Shown here: piece after piece, positions 61,391-64,000 of the stretch
How the letters are laid out: each line of letters starts with the position of its first letter
Position numbering within the stretch: the first letter of the stretch is position 1
Origin: Nitriliruptoria bacterium
GTDB lineage: Bacteria > Actinomycetota > Nitriliruptoria > Euzebyales > Egibacteraceae
Assembly: GCA_003550425.1 (NCBI GenBank)
Contig: PUKE01000090.1
Coordinates: 31,231-95,230, forward strand
DNA length: 64,000 nucleotides
Direction of reading: 5' to 3'
The notes under the pieces: generated by a model
Told to the model about the DNA's origin: nothing
Databases searched by the model: none
What the model saw: only the letters and a program-made list of their open reading frames with translations
Program-made: the position numbers and the translations under genes

Positions 61391-63520
61391 TCAGTCGAAG
61401 ATGTCGACGATCGTGGCCCCGCGTCCCTCGCACGTCTCGCAGGTCTGGGTGAACGTCTCCGTCAGCCCCTGGCTCACGTTCTTGCGGGTCATCTGCACGA
61501 GCCCGAGCTTTGAGATGTCCATCACCCGCGACTTGGTCTTGTCCCGCGCGAGCTCGCGCTTGAAGCGCTTGAGGACCTCGTCGCGGTTGGCGGGGACGAG
61601 CATGTCGACGAAGTCGATGACGATGATCCCGCCCATGTCGCGCAGGCGGAGCTGCCGGGCGATCTCGTCGGCCGCCTCGAGGTTGTTGCGCAGCACGGTC
61701 TCCTCGAGGTTGTCGGAGCCCACGAACTTGCCCGTGTTGACGTCGATGACCCACATGGCCTCGGTCTTCTCGATGATCAGGTAGCCGCCGGAGCGCAGCC
61801 AGACCTTCTTCTCCAGCGCGCGACGGACCTGGACGGTGACCTCGTAGGCGTCGAAGAGCCGATCGGGCCCGGTGTGGGTCTTGACGCGGTCGATCAGCTC
61901 GGGCGCCACGTCGGAGAGGTAGTCGCGGATCTGGCCGGCGAGCCCCTCGTCGTCCACCACGAGCTCGGAGTACTCCGGGCCGAACACGTCACGGATGACC
62001 CGCATGACCAGGGCGGGCTCCTCGTAGACGGCCTCGAGCGGCTTGGCGCTCTCGGCCGCGGCGCTCGCCTGCTGCCAGATGCGCGTGAGGCGCCGCACGT
62101 CGGCCTCGAGCTGCTCGCGGGTGGCGCCCTCGGCGGCGGTGCGCACGATGACTCCGAAGCCCTCGGGCACGATCTCGCCGAGGATCGAGCGCAGCCGCTG
62201 GCGCTCCTCGTCGGGCAGCTTGCGGCTGATGCCCAGCATCCCGCCCCCGGGCGCGAGCACGCAGAAGCGACCGGCGAGCGACAGCTGCTGGGTCAGCCGC
62301 GCGCCCTTGCTGCCCATCGGATCCTTGGTGACCTGCACGAGCACCGGCTGGCCGGGCTTCAGCGTCTCCTCGATGCGCGGGCTGGCGCCGGTGTCGAGGT
62401 CCTCGTCGTAGTCGACCTCCCCGGCGTAGAGCACGCCGTTGCGGCCCTTGCCGATGTCGACGAAGGCCGCCTCCATGCCCGGCAGCACGTTCTGCACGCG
62501 GCCCATGTAGATGTTGCCGACGAACGACGTGTCCTCGTGGCGGGTCACGAAGTGCTCGATCAGGTCCCGCTGCTCGAGCACCGCGATCTGGGTGCGCTGC
62601 TCCCCCACCGTGACGAGCATGCGCTTGGGCGGGCCCTCGTTGATGGCCCGGCGGGTCTCGGGGCTGACGGTCGTCGACGGCCGACGGCGGCTGCTACGGC
62701 CGCCCGCCGAGCGTGACTTGGACTGCAGGCGGGTCGGGGCGCTCGTGGCGCCGCCGTCCTCGCCGTCGCCCTTGGCCTCCTGCGCCGACTCGCGCTCGCT
62801 GGCGTCCTGCGCGTCCTGGCCATCGTCCTGCCGCTTCGTGGTCGCGCCCCGCGCGTTCGAGGAGGGCTGGGAGCCCTCGCCCTGCTCGGCGCCGCGACGG
62901 CTGGCGTCCCCGCCGCCGCGACCCTGGTTGCGGCGACCACCGCGGCGGCCACGGCCACCCCGCCGGCCGCGTCGACGGATGCGCCCGCTGCTGCCTGACC
63001 GAGCGCCGTCGCCGCTGTCGGCGGTCGCGTCGGGCTCCGCCTCGCCGGACGTGGCCTGGTCGTCGGCGGCCGTGTCGTCTCCCGTGGGCGGCTCGGCGGC
63101 CGTGTCGTCTCCCGTGGGCGGCTCGCCGCCCGTGCCGGGCTCATCGGTCTCGTCGTGCTCACCGCCCGTGCCGGGCTCGTCGCTGCTGCCGCCCGTGTCG
63201 GCGTCGTCGCGCTGGTCGCGCTCCTCGGGGAGGCGCTCGCGCGAGCGCCTGCGCGTTCGGGCTCGGCGCCGGCCGCTGGCGCTCGGCGCGCTGGCCGCAG
63301 GCGCCTCCCCCTCGGGCGCCTCACCCGCAGGCGCCTCGCTCTCGAGCGCCTCGCCCTCCGCAGGGTCGGCGGCGTCCGAGGCCTCCGCCTCGGGTCGGGG
63401 CTCGACGTCGTCGGCGGTCTCGGCAGGCGGCTCGGGGACGGTCGAGGGCTGGTCGGTGCCCTCGCGATCAGGGTCCGGGTTGGTCGAGACGGTCAAGGCG
63501 AAGTTCCTCTCGTGTCGCAT
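61391..63520 (-). CDS. rne: ribonuclease E (Rne/Rng family) with a long disordered N-terminal region
   Basis: Catalytic core: S1 domain GNIYMGRVQNVLPGMEAAFVDIG, then DVNTGKF, IIVIDFVDM and Zn-link CETCEGRG. Preceded by about 340 aa of acidic and Arg/Gly-rich low complexity. Start is the ATG at 63520, or the TTG at 63496 (7 nt after GAGAGGAA). Confidence 0.9.
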   Translation of the reverse strand: MRHERNFALTVSTNPDPDREGTDQPSTVPEPPAETADDVEPRPEAEASDAADPAEGEALESEAPAGEAPEGEAPAASAPSASGRRRARTRRRSRERLPEERDQRDDADTGGSSDEPGTGGEHDETDEPGTGGEPPTGDDTAAEPPTGDDTAADDQATSGEAEPDATADSGDGARSGSSGRIRRRGRRGGRGRRGGRRNQGRGGGDASRRGAEQGEGSQPSSNARGATTKRQDDGQDAQDASERESAQEAKGDGEDGGATSAPTRLQSKSRSAGGRSSRRRPSTTVSPETRRAINEGPPKRMLVTVGEQRTQIAVLEQRDLIEHFVTRHEDTSFVGNIYMGRVQNVLPGMEAAFVDIGKGRNGVLYAGEVDYDEDLDTGASPRIEETLKPGQPVLVQVTKDPMGSKGARLTQQLSLAGRFCVLAPGGGMLGISRKLPDEERQRLRSILGEIVPEGFGVIVRTAAEGATREQLEADVRRLTRIWQQASAAAESAKPLEAVYEEPALVMRVIRDVFGPEYSELVVDDEGLAGQIRDYLSDVAPELIDRVKTHTGPDRLFDAYEVTVQVRRALEKKVWLRSGGYLIIEKTEAMWVIDVNTGKFVGSDNLEETVLRNNLEAADEIARQLRLRDMGGIIVIDFVDMLVPANRDEVLKRFKRELARDKTKSRVMDISKLGLVQMTRKNVSQGLTETFTQTCETCEGRGATIVDIFD
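63065..63124. repeat. perfect 30-bp tandem duplication inside the rne N-terminal region
   Basis: ggcggccgtgtcgtctcccgtgggcggctc occurs at 63065-63094 and again at 63095-63124. In frame (10 codons), giving the duplicated peptide EPPTGDDTAA. Confidence 0.9.
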
Positions 63521-64000
63521 CGAAGGCGGCCGTCGCGGCGAGGTGCTCGCCGGAGAGGGCCTCGAGGAGGCCACCGTCGGCGGGCGCGCCCTGAGCGGTG
63601 CGGCTGATGAGCCGCGGGGTGGGCAGCGTCGCGCCGTCGGCAGCGCGGGCATGCTGATGAGCGGGTTCCTGGGTCTGCAGCGCGATCTCGAGGCCGGTGT
63701 GGACCTCGGTGGGGCGCAGGGGCGGCTCGCTGGCGTCCAGCAGCGCCGCGACGCGCGGGGGGTCGTCCTCGCTCACGACCAGGTCGACCAGCGGCGCCCG
63801 CAGGTCGACCTCGGTGGTCTCGCCCTTGCGCTCGCGGCCCACTGGCCACGCCGAGGCGTCGAGGATGGTCTGGGCGCCCTCCACGAGGGCGGCGCCGTCG
63901 GTGCCCTCCGGGTAGGACAGGCACCACAGCGCGCGGCCGAGCCACTTGGACAGCCGACGCTCGCCGGGCGCCACCCCGCGGGCGTCCAGCACCTCGCAGC
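63468..64000 (-). CDS. hypothetical protein, N-terminus outside the window (possibly the DUF2344/TIGR03936-type protein usually found upstream of rne)
   Basis: The open frame continues to the window edge and has high GC3 until the last ~18 codons before the stop at 63468, where GC3 drops. It overlaps the rne start by 29-53 nt. The family assignment rests on position and a vague resemblance only. Confidence 0.5.
   Translation of the reverse strand, partial: CEVLDARGVAPGERRLSKWLGRALWCLSYPEGTDGAALVEGAQTILDASAWPVGRERKGETTEVDLRAPLVDLVVSEDDPPRVAALLDASEPPLRPTEVHTGLEIALQTQEPAHQHARAADGATLPTPRLISRTAQGAPADGGLLEALSGEHLAATAAFDATREELRLDRLDQPGP

Overview
Very GC-rich, actinobacterial-type chromosomal segment (by eye well above 65-70% G+C, with strong G/C bias at codon position 3). 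It holds about 55 protein genes and one tRNA, mostly on the minus strand. Many long ORFs in the track are antisense shadow ORFs (Arg/Ala/Gly/Pro-rich) and were discarded.

The backbone is the conserved Actinomycetes housekeeping synteny. Read on the minus strand from high to low coordinates it runs: rne | rplU-rpmA | obg-proB | proA-nadD-rsfS-histidine phosphatase | leuS | comEA-comEC | holA | rpsT(+) | lepA-hemW | hrcA-dnaJ-rsmE | prolyl oligopeptidase.

Almost every junction of this backbone carries an accessory insert:
1. A glycerol/dihydroxyacetone locus: unknown membrane protein-dhaK-dhaL-glpK-dhaM, glpX, glpD, then SDR/pgsA/plsC lipid genes.
2. DUF1028-nadE-O-methyltransferase, plus a translationally coupled aminotransferase / nucleotide-sugar dehydrogenase / GT-B glycosyltransferase / hypothetical cluster.
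3. A histidine kinase / CheY-like RR / REC-PAS-GGDEF-EAL chain followed by two coupled NirJ/Ahb-like radical SAM-SPASM genes, directly upstream of comEA-comEC.
4. An orphan MCP-CZB chemoreceptor, tRNA-Ala, and sdhAB without an anchor gene.
5. Two small opposite-strand genes between proB and proA, one of them a C2H2-type zinc-finger miniprotein.
6. An AAC(3)-type and an Eis-type acetyltransferase flanking rplU-rpmA.

The main unexplained signals are:
- a 425-bp non-coding tract between two convergent genes (60041-60466) with at least 9 copies of the decamer ACTGGGTGCA in both orientations at a regular ~61-bp and 19-bp phase;
- the radical SAM pair with no cognate pathway genes;
- the uncharacterised polytopic membrane protein leading the dha operon;
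- very long perfect hairpins at each cistron boundary of that operon;
- a comEC reading frame that runs 289 nt antisense through its convergent neighbour.

No CRISPR array, transposase, integrase, rRNA or recognisable defence or toxin genes were seen.
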